A stretch of 64,000 nucleotides of DNA from Alphaproteobacteria bacterium (GCA_965232515.1 CBDDPY010000002.1:1952001-2016000), one strand, 5' to 3'. Counted from the stretch's first letter, positions 18,677-28,449 are shown. A program made the numbers and translations. Notes: a model not told the origin generated them from the letters alone.

Positions 18677-19233
18677 GCGACGCGGGCGAAGCTGGCGCGG
18701 ACCGCCCCGCCCGCTTCGCCCTGCACCGGCTGACCGGCGGCATGAACGCCGTCGGCACGGCCTGGATCTTCGTGCTGATGGTGTTGATCAACGCCGACGT
18801 CATTGGCCGCGAAGCCTTCGGCGCGCCGGTCCGCGGCGTCACCGAGATCGTCTCGCTGTCGATCGTCGGCATCGTCTTCCTGCAGCTCGCGCACACGCTC
18901 TGGGCCGGTCGCATCACCCGCTCCGACGCCCTGCTCGGCCGGCTGCTCGGCGCCCGTCCCCGCCTCGGCCACACGCTGGAAGCGGTCTATCATCTCACCG
19001 GCGCCGTCCTGTTCCTGATCCTGTTCTGGGCCTCGAAACCCTATTTCGAACGCGCCTGGACGGACGGCGAATACATCGGCGCCTTCGGCGACTTCACCGC
19101 CCCGACCTGGCCCGTGCGCCTGATCATCCTGATCGGCAGCCTCGCCACCGCCGCCACCTTCGCCCTCCTCGCTTGGCGGCACGTCAGGGCGTGTTTCGGT
19201 GGGCCGGACGAACAGAGCGTGGAAGAACATTGA
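18673..19233 (+). CDS. TRAP transporter small permease (DctQ)
   Basis: Starts at an ATGA overlap (MSDAGEAG); four hydrophobic segments including LINADVIGR and PTWPVRLII. Confidence 0.88.
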   Translation: MSDAGEAGADRPARFALHRLTGGMNAVGTAWIFVLMVLINADVIGREAFGAPVRGVTEIVSLSIVGIVFLQLAHTLWAGRITRSDALLGRLLGARPRLGHTLEAVYHLTGAVLFLILFWASKPYFERAWTDGEYIGAFGDFTAPTWPVRLIILIGSLATAATFALLAWRHVRACFGGPDEQSVEEH

Positions 19234-19251
19234 ACGCCACCGCCCCAATAG

Positions 19252-19438
19252 TCCCCTCTCCCGCTTGCGGGGGAGGGCTAGGGTGGGGGCATGTGAAACT
19301 GCCCCAGCGTTCAGCTGCGACAAGTAGATGGGCTCAATCTGTCGCTGCGGTCGATAGAGAAATCTTGAAGCGCGCTGTGCGCGGTGCCCCCCTCACCCTA
19401 CCCTCTCCCCCCACTGCTGCGCAGCGGGGGGAGAGGGA
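19252..19438. repeat. REP/REPIN-like inverted repeat element (CCCTCTCCC...GGGAGAGGG type)
   Basis: CCCCTCTCCCGCTTGCGGGGGAGGGCTAGGGTGGGGG (about 19253-19289) is inverted relative to CCCCCCTCACCCTACCCTCTCCCC...GGGGGGAGAGGGA (about 19387-19438); lies between dctQ and dctM. Confidence 0.8.
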
Positions 19439-19447
19439 GTTTGGCTC

Positions 19448-20755
19448 ATGACCGGCCTCGAGATCGGCGCGCTGTCGCTTGCCGCCATGCTGCTGCTGAT
19501 CTGGGCCGGCATGCATGTCGCGGTGGCGCTGACGCTGCTCTCTTTCGTCGGCGTCTGGGCCATCAAAGGCAATTGGGTGATCGCCTCGAAGCTGCTGGCG
19601 CTCGCCGCCTACGATTCCATCGCCAACCACATCTTCGGCGTCGTGCCGCTGTTCGTGCTGATGGGCCTGCTGGTCAGCGTCTCCGACATCGGCAAGGACA
19701 CGTTCGAGGTGGCGCACCGCCTGTTCCGGCGCCTGAAAGGCGGGCTCGGCATCGCCACGGTCGCCGCCAACGCCGTGTTCGCGGCGATCACGGGCATCTC
19801 GATCGCCAGCGCCGCCGTCTTCACCAAGGTCGCGGTGCCGGAAATGCTGAAGCTCGGCTACACGCCGCGCTTCGCCACTGGCGTCGTCGCCGGCTCGTCG
19901 GTCCTGGGCATGCTGATCCCGCCCAGCCTGCTGCTGATCCTCTACGGCTTCCTGTCCGAGACCTCGGTCGGCGCGCTGTTCATCGCCGGCATCATCCCCG
20001 GCCTGCTGCTTGCCGTCGCCTTCGGCCTGGCGATCCTGGTGATGGCGCACCGCTTCCCCGCCTTGGTCGGCGGCGAGACGGCAAGCGATCAGGGCGAGGC
20101 CATCACGCTCGTCGAGGCCGGCGCCAAGCTCGCGCCCATCGTGCTGCTGATCGCCGTCGTGCTGGGCGGCATCTACGGCGGCCTGTTTACGCCCACCGAG
20201 GCCGGCGCCGTCGGCGCGCTCGGTGCGCTGCTGCTGGCGCTGGCAAAACGCAAGCTGACGCCGGCCGGGTTCTGGCGCGTGCTGGTCGAGACCGGCCATG
20301 TCACCGTCTCGATTTCGTTCCTGATCATCGCCGCCAGCATCTATACCCGCATGCTGACGCTGGCCGGCATTCCGCAATTCCTGATCGCCGGCGTCGAGGG
20401 CGCCGAGCTCGGCTTCGCCGCCCTGCTGGCGATCTATGTGATCGTGATCCTGATCATGGGCACGGTGCTGGACTCGACCTCCATCCTGCTGATCGCCCTG
20501 CCGCTGATCCTGCCCATCGTCGGCGGCTTCGACGTCGACCTCGTCTGGTTCGGCATCGTCACCATTCTGGCGGTCGAGATCGGTCTGCTGACGCCGCCGC
20601 TCGGCATCGCCGTCTATGTCATCAAGAGCACGCTCGACGACGCCCGCATCGGCCTCGGCGATATTTTCGTCGGCGCCGCGCCCTTCGCGCTGATCATGCT
20701 CTTCGTGCTATTCGCCGTCATCGCCTGGCCGCAGTTGAGCTTGGCCCTGCTATAA
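19448..20755 (+). CDS. TRAP transporter large permease (DctM)
   Basis: Motifs VPLFVLMG, LGMLIPPS, GGIYGGLFTPTEAGAVG and EIGLLTPPLG. Confidence 0.93.
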   Translation: MTGLEIGALSLAAMLLLIWAGMHVAVALTLLSFVGVWAIKGNWVIASKLLALAAYDSIANHIFGVVPLFVLMGLLVSVSDIGKDTFEVAHRLFRRLKGGLGIATVAANAVFAAITGISIASAAVFTKVAVPEMLKLGYTPRFATGVVAGSSVLGMLIPPSLLLILYGFLSETSVGALFIAGIIPGLLLAVAFGLAILVMAHRFPALVGGETASDQGEAITLVEAGAKLAPIVLLIAVVLGGIYGGLFTPTEAGAVGALGALLLALAKRKLTPAGFWRVLVETGHVTVSISFLIIAASIYTRMLTLAGIPQFLIAGVEGAELGFAALLAIYVIVILIMGTVLDSTSILLIALPLILPIVGGFDVDLVWFGIVTILAVEIGLLTPPLGIAVYVIKSTLDDARIGLGDIFVGAAPFALIMLFVLFAVIAWPQLSLALL

Positions 20756-20790
20756 GATTGGCCGCGTGGCGCACGATTCGCGCCGCAGGT

Positions 20791-21693
20791 ATGGGAATCG
20801 ATGGCGTGTCCGACGCGGCGTTGCAACGATGTGCGGGTCTAAGCTGCTGGACCGGTCCGGTCGATCCGGAACCGCTGCCCGGCGGGCTCAGCAACAGCAA
20901 TTTCCTGGTCCATGACAACGGCCAAGTCTACGCCGTGCGCATCGGCGACGACGCGCCCGAGCATGCCGTTTACCGCTTCAACGAGATCACCGTGGCGCAG
21001 GCCGCCGAGGCCGCCGGCCTCTCGCCGCCGATCGTGCATCACGAACCCGGCGCCCTGGTCATGGACTACATCGAGGGCGGACGGCCGCTCGACAAGGCCG
21101 ATATCGGCCGCGACGACATGCTGCCGCGCATCGTCGATCTTATCCGCGACTGCCACCTGGAAATGCCGCGCCATCTCGAGGTGCCTGGCCCGATGTTCTG
21201 GGTCTTCCAGGTCAACCGCCGCTACGCGCGGATCCTGGTGAACGCCCGCAGCCGCATGGCCGACAGCTTGCGCGCCTGGCTCGAGCTGAACGACGAATGG
21301 GAAGAGACGATCGGCGCCATCCGTCCGGTCTTCTCGCATAACGACCTGCTGGCCGCCAACATCGTCGACGACGGCCGGCGTCTCTGGCTCATTGACTGGG
21401 AGTACGGCGGCTGGAACACAGCGCTATTCGACCTCGCCAACCTGGCGTCGAACAACGAGTTGCCCCCGAACCGTGATGCCTGGCTGCTCGAAGCCTATTT
21501 CGAATCACCGGCCGGCACCGATTGCCAGCACGCCTTCCGCGCCATGAAATGCGCATCGCTGCTGCGCGAGTTGATGTGGAGCCTGGTGACGGAGGTCTAT
21601 TCGACGCTCGACATTGACTTCGCCGCCTACAGCGACGAACTCGTCGGCCGCCTGGACGCGGCCATCGCGGTATACCGCTCTGGCGGCGGCTGA
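20791..21693 (+). CDS. Choline/ethanolamine kinase-like phosphotransferase (APH superfamily)
   Basis: Motifs GGLSNSNF, Brenner motif HNDLLAAN and LIDWEYG; C-terminal part of track ORF 19384..21693. Confidence 0.88.
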   Translation: MGIDGVSDAALQRCAGLSCWTGPVDPEPLPGGLSNSNFLVHDNGQVYAVRIGDDAPEHAVYRFNEITVAQAAEAAGLSPPIVHHEPGALVMDYIEGGRPLDKADIGRDDMLPRIVDLIRDCHLEMPRHLEVPGPMFWVFQVNRRYARILVNARSRMADSLRAWLELNDEWEETIGAIRPVFSHNDLLAANIVDDGRRLWLIDWEYGGWNTALFDLANLASNNELPPNRDAWLLEAYFESPAGTDCQHAFRAMKCASLLRELMWSLVTEVYSTLDIDFAAYSDELVGRLDAAIAVYRSGGG

Positions 21694-21729
21694 CGCCTGT
21701 TCAAGACGAAAACAGACGGAGTCGGTTGC

Positions 21730-21819
21730 CCTGGATGCCCGTGTCGAGCACGGGCATGACAGTTCTGGTGTTGATGCGGAATCTAACTGTCATTGCCGGG
21801 CTCGACCCGGCAATCCAGG
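21730..21819. repeat. REP/REPIN-like inverted repeat between convergent genes
   Basis: CCTGGATGCCCGTGTCGAGCACGGGCATGACAGTT pairs with AACTGTCATTGCCGGGCTCGACCCGGCAATCCAGG; each arm is itself a hairpin. Confidence 0.82.
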
Positions 21820-21841
21820 TGACGGCCGTCGCGATCGACGC

Positions 21842-22669
21842 CTAATCCAGGTAGACCCGCATGTTCTCCCGCGCGACGAAAGCGCCGTCCCAGGTGTAGC
21901 GGGCTTCCGAGTCGAGACGCTCCATGAAGGCGTCCTCGTGGTCGGGGTCGTGGTGGAAGATCGCCAGGCGCTTGACGTCGGCCATGTGGCAGAGCCGCAC
22001 GCCTTCCTGCCAGGTCGAATGACCCCAGCCGACGTGGGCCGGGAATTCCTTGTCGGTGTACGTGGAATCGTAGATCACCAGATCGGCGCCGGCGATCAGA
22101 TCGAGGATGTTCTCATCCGGCTTGTCGGGGATGTGCTCGGTGTCGGTCACATAGCACAGCGAGCGGCCGCGATAGTTGATGCGGTAGCCGGTGGCGTTGT
22201 CCGGGTGGTTCAGCGCGCAGGTCTTGACCTCGACGCCGGTGCCCAGCTTGAAGGTCTCGCCGGCCTTGAAGTCCTCGAACTCCATGGTCGACCGCATGGC
22301 CTCCAGCGGCACGGGAAAGGTCGGCGCGGTCATCTGCCCGGCCAGCACGTCGCGGATGCCGATATCCTTATCCCAGAGATGGCCGGCCATGATCTTGAAC
22401 TTGAAGCCTTCGCGGAACGCCGGCGAGAAGAACGGGAAGCCGTTGATATGGTCCCAATGCGTATGCGACATCAGGATATGCGCCTCGCGCACGTTCTTCT
22501 TCAAAAGCCAATGGCCGAGATTGCGCGCGCCCGTGCCGAGATCGAAGACGATCTTCTGGCCGCCGGCTGAAATTTCGACGCAACTCGTATTGCCGCCGAA
22601 GGCGACGTACTTCGCCGACGGACAGGCGATGCTGCCACGCACACCCCAGAACTTTATCTTGAAGCTCAT
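21842..22669 (-). CDS. MBL-fold metallo-hydrolase (RNase Z/PhnP-like, possible cyclic nucleotide phosphodiesterase)
   Basis: Motifs FWGVRGS, GGNTSCV, SHTHWDHINGFPFF, LNHP, YVTDTEH, WGHS and FHHDP. Confidence 0.9.
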   Translation of the reverse strand: MSFKIKFWGVRGSIACPSAKYVAFGGNTSCVEISAGGQKIVFDLGTGARNLGHWLLKKNVREAHILMSHTHWDHINGFPFFSPAFREGFKFKIMAGHLWDKDIGIRDVLAGQMTAPTFPVPLEAMRSTMEFEDFKAGETFKLGTGVEVKTCALNHPDNATGYRINYRGRSLCYVTDTEHIPDKPDENILDLIAGADLVIYDSTYTDKEFPAHVGWGHSTWQEGVRLCHMADVKRLAIFHHDPDHEDAFMERLDSEARYTWDGAFVARENMRVYLD

Positions 22670-23030
22670 TTGCGCCCTCGTCTGACTCTATCGGGTTGCA
22701 CGCATGGTCGGCGCCATTTGTTTAACCGCGGTCCCCCAAAACCTGCTCCGTACCGTCGCCCGACAAGCCAATGGCTCCCTCCAACAACGACAAAGTAATA
22801 GCACCTTTCGCGCAAGTGTTGGTGCGCGTAAATGTAAATATAAGCACATTGCGAAGCATGCTGAGTGACGGTTATCACACGGTTCTGGCCGTTCGAACCG
22901 ACCGAAATCCGCGGATTTTCGGCATTTGAGATCGGAATGTTGTTTGCCGCATCCGCTCACGAATGCTTGGCGCCGGCGGCCCGTTCGACGCTGGCGATGC
23001 GGTGACGAAACAGCGATGCGCGAATCAGAA

Positions 23031-23056
23031 CGGCGGCGAAGTCCGCTTCGCCGCCG
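23031..23056 (-). terminator. Probable intrinsic terminator of the USP gene
   Basis: 11-bp perfect stem CGGCGGCGAAG-tccg-CTTCGCCGCCG, 25 nt after the USP stop; short T tail on the minus strand. Confidence 0.6.
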
Positions 23057-23081
23057 CCAGGTAACTAATGCATATTAGCGG

Positions 23082-23900
23082 TCAGTGCGACATCAGCACC
23101 GGCACCGTCATCGATTGCAGGATCCGGCGAGTGGCGCCGCCAAGGGCCAGCTCGCGAATCCGCGAATGACCGTAGCCGCCCATCACCAGCACGTCGCATT
23201 CGTTGTCGGACAACGCCGACAGCAGCGCGTCGCCGACATCGAGGTCGGGCGCGACGATGCGTTTGACCTCGACCTTCACGTTGTGACGCGCAAGATGGGT
23301 CCCGATCTCGGCGCCGGAAAGATGCGAATCGTCCCGCGGATTGACGCTCTGCACCACGACCTCGTCTGCCGCCATCAGGAACGGCAAGGCGTCGTGCACG
23401 GCGCGTGCCGCCTGGGCCGACGCGTTCCATGCGACCAGGACCCGCCGGCCGAACGAGTTCGCCGCGCCGATATAGGGCGCGATCAGCAGCGGCCGCCCCG
23501 ACGACATCAGCAGATTGTCCGCCATGTTGTCATAGGGCGTCGGCGTATCCGGATCGGCCTGCGGCACCACCGCCAGATCGGCATAGTGGGCCGACTGGTT
23601 CATGGCGTCGATCGCGTCGCCTTCCATCAGGCGCCACTCGCCCTCGACCTCCGCGTCGCTCAGCCGTTTCAGGAACACCGGTTCCGCGGCCGCGGCCTTT
23701 TCCCGCTGCGCCGCCATCTGCTGTTCCAAGATCTCGCGGCCGACCTCGACCTGCATGTAGGTCGGCAGCGCCGGGTAGGTCAGCACATGCAGTCCGGTCA
23801 GACGCGCGCCGTGCCGCTTGGCGGCCGAGACCGCGATATCCATGCGGGTGTCGTTGTGCGGATCGTTGCCGTGATAGACCAGGATGTCGCGGATCGCCAT
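23082..23900 (-). CDS. Universal stress protein (tandem USP domains)
   Basis: Motifs RVLVAWNASAQAARAVHDALP and LVMGGYGHSRIRELALGGATRRIL...PVLMSH. Confidence 0.93.
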   Translation of the reverse strand: MAIRDILVYHGNDPHNDTRMDIAVSAAKRHGARLTGLHVLTYPALPTYMQVEVGREILEQQMAAQREKAAAAEPVFLKRLSDAEVEGEWRLMEGDAIDAMNQSAHYADLAVVPQADPDTPTPYDNMADNLLMSSGRPLLIAPYIGAANSFGRRVLVAWNASAQAARAVHDALPFLMAADEVVVQSVNPRDDSHLSGAEIGTHLARHNVKVEVKRIVAPDLDVGDALLSALSDNECDVLVMGGYGHSRIRELALGGATRRILQSMTVPVLMSH

Positions 23901-23988
23901 GGGCCTCTCCTTCTTACGTTACGGGCAGCCTTGCCGGACAGTCCGGCGACGCCTGCAACCGTGATAGGGCGCGGATCGGCCCAAGAAA

Positions 23989-24002
23989 TTGATATCGATC
24001 AA
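23989..24002. promoter_or_regulatory. FNR/FixK box upstream of the USP gene
   Basis: Perfect TTGAT-ATCG-ATCAA about 90 nt upstream of the USP start. Confidence 0.8.
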
Positions 24003-24048
24003 GGCGAGTGAAACGCGGCGGCAGATCCAAACCGTTGGGATCGGCCAA

Positions 24049-24420
24049 TCAATCCCCCGTTGGCGGCTCGACCGCGCCCAACAGATCCTCGACCACGACA
24101 CGAAGCCGCCCCAGCGCCGCGCGCATGCGATCGAGATGGGCCGCGCGGCCCTCGGTCACGCCGCCGACCATGGCCTCCGCATCCTCAGCCAGACCCGCGA
24201 CTTCCCAGGCGCCAAGACCGCGCGCCGCCCCTTTCATGCCATGGGCGGAGCGATGCCAGATCTCGTCCGTCTCGGCCGCCGCCATGGTTTGCAAATGCGC
24301 GTCCGCGTCGGGAAAGAACATGCCGAACAGCTGACGCTCCAGATCCTCGTCGCCCTCGGTATAACGGCGCAGATGTTTCAGATCGAGCGGCGCTGCGTCG
24401 TCGCGATCGGTCGCTGTCAC
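24049..24420 (-). CDS. Stand-alone Hpt domain protein
   Basis: LDLKHLRRYTEGDEDLERQL and the phospho-His motif AHGMKGAARGLGA. Confidence 0.88.
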   Translation of the reverse strand: MTATDRDDAAPLDLKHLRRYTEGDEDLERQLFGMFFPDADAHLQTMAAAETDEIWHRSAHGMKGAARGLGAWEVAGLAEDAEAMVGGVTEGRAAHLDRMRAALGRLRVVVEDLLGAVEPPTGD

Positions 24421-24450
24421 GAATACCCTCCCGGCAATGGCCGCGCGGGC

Positions 24451-26481
24451 CTAAAACAGGCCGCGAATGGCGTCGGCAATGCGTTCCTGCGACGGGATCA
24501 CCTGCCGCTCCAGCTCGTCATTGTACGGCATCGGCACGTCGAGCGCGCCAACCCGCGTGATCGGCGCGTCGAGATAATCGAACGCCTTCTCGACCACCAC
24601 GGCCGCCACTTCCGCGCCGAAACCGCCCTTTGTCCAGGCCTCGTGCGCGATCACCAGCCGGTTGGTCTTGCGCACCGAGGCCAGGATCGTCGCCTCGTCG
24701 AGCGGCCGGAGCGTGCGCGGGTCGACCACCTCGACGCTGATGCCCTCGCGCTCGAGCTGTCGGGCCGCGGCCAGCGCCCGCGGCACCATCGACAGCGTCG
24801 CGACCACGGTGACATCCGTGCCTTCGCGCTTCACGTCGGCCTTGCCGAGCGGGATGGCGTATGCCTCCTCCGGCACCGGACCGTTCGATTCCAGGTACAG
24901 CATCTTCTGTTCCAGGAAGATCACCGGATTGTCGTCGCGGATCGAGGCGGCCAGCAGGCCCTTGGCGTCGTACGGCGTCGACGGCGCCACCACGACCAGC
25001 CCCGGCACGTGCGTGAACCAGGCTTCCAGGCTCTGGCTGTGCTGGGCCGCCAGGCGAATGCCGCCGCCCTGCGGGCCACGCACCACCAGCGGCACGGTCG
25101 GCTTGCCGCCCAGCATATAGCGGAACTTGGCCGCCTGGTTGACCAGCATGTCCATGGTCAGCGCCACGAAGTCGAAGATCTGGATCTCGACCACCGGCCG
25201 CAAACCGGCGATGGCGGCGCCGACGCCGCAGCCCGCGAACGTCGCTTCCGAGATCGGCGTGTCGCGGACGCGTTCCGAACCGAACGCGTCCATCAGCCCT
25301 TTCGAGACGCCGAAGATGCCGCCCGTGGCGCCGACATCCTCGCCCATCAGCAGAACGTTTCCGTCCCGCGCCATCTCCTGCCGCAGCGCTTCGTTCAGCG
25401 CCTCGACGAAAGCCAGCTCGCGGTCCGTCGCGGCCGCGCCCGGTTCGGCATAGTCGGCGTGCGGCGCATAAACCGCGTCCTCCATCATCGCGCGGACCGG
25501 TTCCGGACTGTCGTTGCCGAAGGCGACGGCCTTGTCCAGCTCCGCCTCCGCCTCGGCGGCGATCTCGCCCAGGCGCTTCTTCGCCAGCAGCCGGCCACGG
25601 CCGATCTCCGTCTCCATGCGCTTGATCGGATCGCGCGCCACCCACTCGTCGTATTCGTCCTGCGGCCGCGGATCGGCCAGGTTGGCGCGCATCGAATGCT
25701 GTCCCCAGCGATAGGTCATGGCCTCGATCAGGGTCGGCCCCCCACCCTCGCGGGCGCGCGCCACCGCATCGCCGACCACGTTGTAGACCTCGACCGCATC
25801 GTTACCGTCGACGGTCAGTCCCGGCATGTCATAGCCCACCGCCCGGATCGAGATTTGTTGCACCGAGGTCGAGTTCCGGTAGGACGTCGTCAGCGCATAT
25901 TGGTTGTTCTCGCAGACGAACACCACCGGCAGGTTCCAGACCGAGGCCAGGTTCAGTGACTCGTGAAAAATGCCCTGGTTGGACGCGCCGTCGCCGAAGA
26001 ACGCCACGACCACTTGGCCCTGATCGCGCAGCTTCGCCGCCAGGCCGGCGCCCGTGCAGAGCGGCATCGCCGCGCCGACGATACCGTTGGCGCCCAGGAT
26101 GTTCAGGTCCATGTCGGCGATGTGCATCGAGCCGCCGAGCCCCCGGCAATAACCGGTGTCGCGGCCCATCAGCTCGGCCATCATCTTGTCGACATCGGCG
26201 CCTTTGGCGATGCAGTGGCCGTGGCCGCGGTGATAGCTGCCGATGAAATCGTCGTCGTTCAGGTTGGCGCAGACGCCGGCCGCGATCGCTTCCTCGCCGA
26301 TATAGCTGTGCGCCGTACCCTTGACGATGCCTTCGTTGAACAGCTTGACGGTGCGCTCCTCGAAGGCGCGGATGCGCCGCATCGTGGTGTAGAGCCGTTC
26401 GGCCTCGGCCCGGCTGACCGACATGTTGCCGCGCGCCGGCGCGGTGCGTTTCTTCGCCGTCCTGCTCGCCGCCGTCGCCAT
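24451..26481 (-). CDS. 2-oxoacid/acetoin dehydrogenase E1, fused alpha and beta subunits
   Basis: Alpha motifs HRGHGH, GGSMH and the TPP motif GDGA...ENNQYA; beta motifs GEDVG, DTPISE, QHSQS and [10 protein letters not shown]. Confidence 0.93.
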   Translation of the reverse strand: MATAASRTAKKRTAPARGNMSVSRAEAERLYTTMRRIRAFEERTVKLFNEGIVKGTAHSYIGEEAIAAGVCANLNDDDFIGSYHRGHGHCIAKGADVDKMMAELMGRDTGYCRGLGGSMHIADMDLNILGANGIVGAAMPLCTGAGLAAKLRDQGQVVVAFFGDGASNQGIFHESLNLASVWNLPVVFVCENNQYALTTSYRNSTSVQQISIRAVGYDMPGLTVDGNDAVEVYNVVGDAVARAREGGGPTLIEAMTYRWGQHSMRANLADPRPQDEYDEWVARDPIKRMETEIGRGRLLAKKRLGEIAAEAEAELDKAVAFGNDSPEPVRAMMEDAVYAPHADYAEPGAAATDRELAFVEALNEALRQEMARDGNVLLMGEDVGATGGIFGVSKGLMDAFGSERVRDTPISEATFAGCGVGAAIAGLRPVVEIQIFDFVALTMDMLVNQAAKFRYMLGGKPTVPLVVRGPQGGGIRLAAQHSQSLEAWFTHVPGLVVVAPSTPYDAKGLLAASIRDDNPVIFLEQKMLYLESNGPVPEEAYAIPLGKADVKREGTDVTVVATLSMVPRALAAARQLEREGISVEVVDPRTLRPLDEATILASVRKTNRLVIAHEAWTKGGFGAEVAAVVVEKAFDYLDAPITRVGALDVPMPYNDELERQVIPSQERIADAIRGLF

Positions 26482-26554
26482 GCCGTGTCCCTCCCCGTTT
26501 TGTTGTTTCGCTTCTTGTTAGGCCGCCGATCCTAGCAGCGGGCCGCGCCGGCGC

Positions 26555-26962
26555 TCAATGCGCCGTGGCGGGCGCCTCGAACAACCGGTCGATAATCGGG
26601 CAATCGGGTCGCTGATCGTCGTCGCAAAGCGCCGCCATCTCGACCAGCGTGCGTTCGATCCGTTGCAACTCCGCAATCTTGTCCCGCACCACGCTGACCT
26701 GCGCCAGCGTCCGCTCGCGCACCTGACGGCAGACGACGCCATCGGTGTCGACGAGATTCAGCAGCTCGCGGATTTCTTCCAGGCTGAAGCCCAGATCGCG
26801 TCCCCGCCGCACGAAGGTCAGGCGCCGCAGGTGATCCGTATCGTAGAGACGATGACCGCCGTCGCTGCGCGGCGGCGGCGGCAGCAGACCGATGCGTTCG
26901 TAGTAACGGATGGTCTCGACATGACAGCCGGTTCGTTTCGACAGCACGCCTATCGTCAGCAT
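26555..26962 (-). CDS. MerR family metal-responsive regulator
   Basis: TIGVLSKRTGCHVETIRYYERIGLL and LGFSLEEIRELL; three C-terminal-domain Cys (VC, LC...DCPII) as in MerR/CadR/ZntR types. Confidence 0.93.
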   Translation of the reverse strand: MLTIGVLSKRTGCHVETIRYYERIGLLPPPPRSDGGHRLYDTDHLRRLTFVRRGRDLGFSLEEIRELLNLVDTDGVVCRQVRERTLAQVSVVRDKIAELQRIERTLVEMAALCDDDQRPDCPIIDRLFEAPATAH

Positions 26963-26978
26963 ATTAGCAACCCCGTGC

Positions 26979-27009
26979 TTGAACCTGTAGCAGCTACGGG
27001 CCGCATAGT
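26979..27009 (+). promoter_or_regulatory. MerR-type promoter/operator with 19-bp spacer
   Basis: -35 TTGAAC (26979-84), 19 nt, -10 CATAGT (27004-09), containing the dyad CCTGTAGC-A-GCTACGGG. Confidence 0.8.
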
Positions 27010-27149
27010 ATCACGGCGGCGATCACGGCACGGCGGTGACGACGAATGGCAAGGCTGAGCCCACCCTCCCCAAGGGGTCGATGGGCGGCTCTCACAGCCA
27101 GGCTACATGTTGGGGTCTATCCGCCGGCGGTTGGTCGCCGCATCTTTCT

Positions 27150-28439
27150 TCAGTCGCCGGCGCCGTAGATCTGCACCGGCTGCTGTCGGCCGCGGAGTTG
27201 CGCCGGCGGCAGCGGCGTCCAGTCCGCCGTCGCCCCGCCGGCCGCGTCGAGCAGATCCTGGGAGACGATCAGCGGCCGGCCGGCGCGCTTCGTTTCCTCC
27301 TCCAACCGGGCTGCGACGTTGACGGTATCGCCCAGCACGGCGAACTCCAGCCGGTTGTCGTCGCCGACCGCGCCGCAGAACACCTCGCCCCAGTGAATGC
27401 CAATGCCAGCCGAGACCGGGTCGCTCCCCTCGGCCGCGCGTGCCGCGCTCCACGCGGCAAGCGACGCCAGGATCGCCCTGCCGCAGGCGACGGCGCGCGC
27501 GGCGTCTTCCGATCTCGGCGACGGCAGTCCGAACACCACCATCACCGCATCGCCGATGAACTTGTCGATGACGCCGCCATGGGCCTCCACTGCCGCCGCC
27601 ACGCGCTGGCGGAAGGCACCGGTGAAACGGCCGAGATCGGTCGGGTTCATGCTCTCGGCGCGCTGCGTAAACCCGCGCATGTCGACGAACATCACCGCCG
27701 CCGGCTGGCGCCAACCCCGGCGGATGTCGCCGGCGTCGGCGTCGACCACCATGCCGGCGACCTGCGGCGGCAGATAGCGCGTCAGGCTGTCCCGTCGCCG
27801 CGTCTCGTCGATCGCGCGCAGCAGCATGGCGCGCGACCGGGTGACGGCGATCGTCAGCACCAGTCCGGCCAGCAGCAGCATCACCAAGCGCATGACATTG
27901 GGCGGCAACTGAAACAGCGGCAGAAGACCGACCGGCGGCGCCAGCGGCGCGCTGTCGCCGGATGGCGCACCGGCGACGGCCAAATAGCCGATGCCGCCGA
28001 CCAGCAGCAGCGCCACATAGGCGACCAGGCGCGGCTCGTAACGCATGGCGCCGAAGGCCAGCACCAGCGGCGTCAGCCATACCACTGGCAGGCTGACGGC
28101 ATAATTGGCCGAGACCTCGGTGTTGCGGATGCCGAGCTCCAGGCTGACGAGTATGAACACGACATCGAGCGTCGCCACGACCCATGACATCCAGGGTCTG
28201 TAAAGGCCCGGTCGCGACAGCCAGAAGGCGACGATGCCGAGCAGCAGATAGGCCGAGACCGTCGCTTCGGCAACGATCAGCTGTTCATGCACCAGCGCGC
28301 CTTGGCGCCGTGCCGGTCCGACCACCACCAGCAGCAGGCTGCCCAACAACAGCGCCGAGACGACGATCCGGACGATGGCGCCGATGCGTTCGGCGCGCAC
28401 TTCGGATTCCGCGAACAGGCGTTGCGCGAAGGGGTCCAC
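27150..28439 (-). CDS. Membrane-bound class III adenylate/guanylate cyclase
   Basis: About six TM segments, then FVDMRGFT, DKFIGDAVM and GDTVNVAARLE; GTG start after GAGG. Confidence 0.9.
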   Translation of the reverse strand: MDPFAQRLFAESEVRAERIGAIVRIVVSALLLGSLLLVVVGPARRQGALVHEQLIVAEATVSAYLLLGIVAFWLSRPGLYRPWMSWVVATLDVVFILVSLELGIRNTEVSANYAVSLPVVWLTPLVLAFGAMRYEPRLVAYVALLLVGGIGYLAVAGAPSGDSAPLAPPVGLLPLFQLPPNVMRLVMLLLAGLVLTIAVTRSRAMLLRAIDETRRRDSLTRYLPPQVAGMVVDADAGDIRRGWRQPAAVMFVDMRGFTQRAESMNPTDLGRFTGAFRQRVAAAVEAHGGVIDKFIGDAVMVVFGLPSPRSEDAARAVACGRAILASLAAWSAARAAEGSDPVSAGIGIHWGEVFCGAVGDDNRLEFAVLGDTVNVAARLEEETKRAGRPLIVSQDLLDAAGGATADWTPLPPAQLRGRQQPVQIYGAGD

Positions 28440-28449
28440 GTTCGGGACC

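Noticed and set aside
17809-21693. Apparent fusions 17809..19233 and 19384..21693 (likewise 32691..34151 and 58687..61182)
   Set aside because: These are stop-free upstream frames overlapping real genes; only the C-terminal parts are genuine proteins.
22670-23030. Short ORFs or a possible ncRNA upstream of the MBL hydrolase
   Set aside because: Atypical codon usage, no SD and no recognisable riboswitch or sRNA fold.
27036-28187. 383-aa plus-strand ORF as the MerR target
   Set aside because: Nearly all of it is antisense to the cyclase gene, with no TM or metal-binding motifs.
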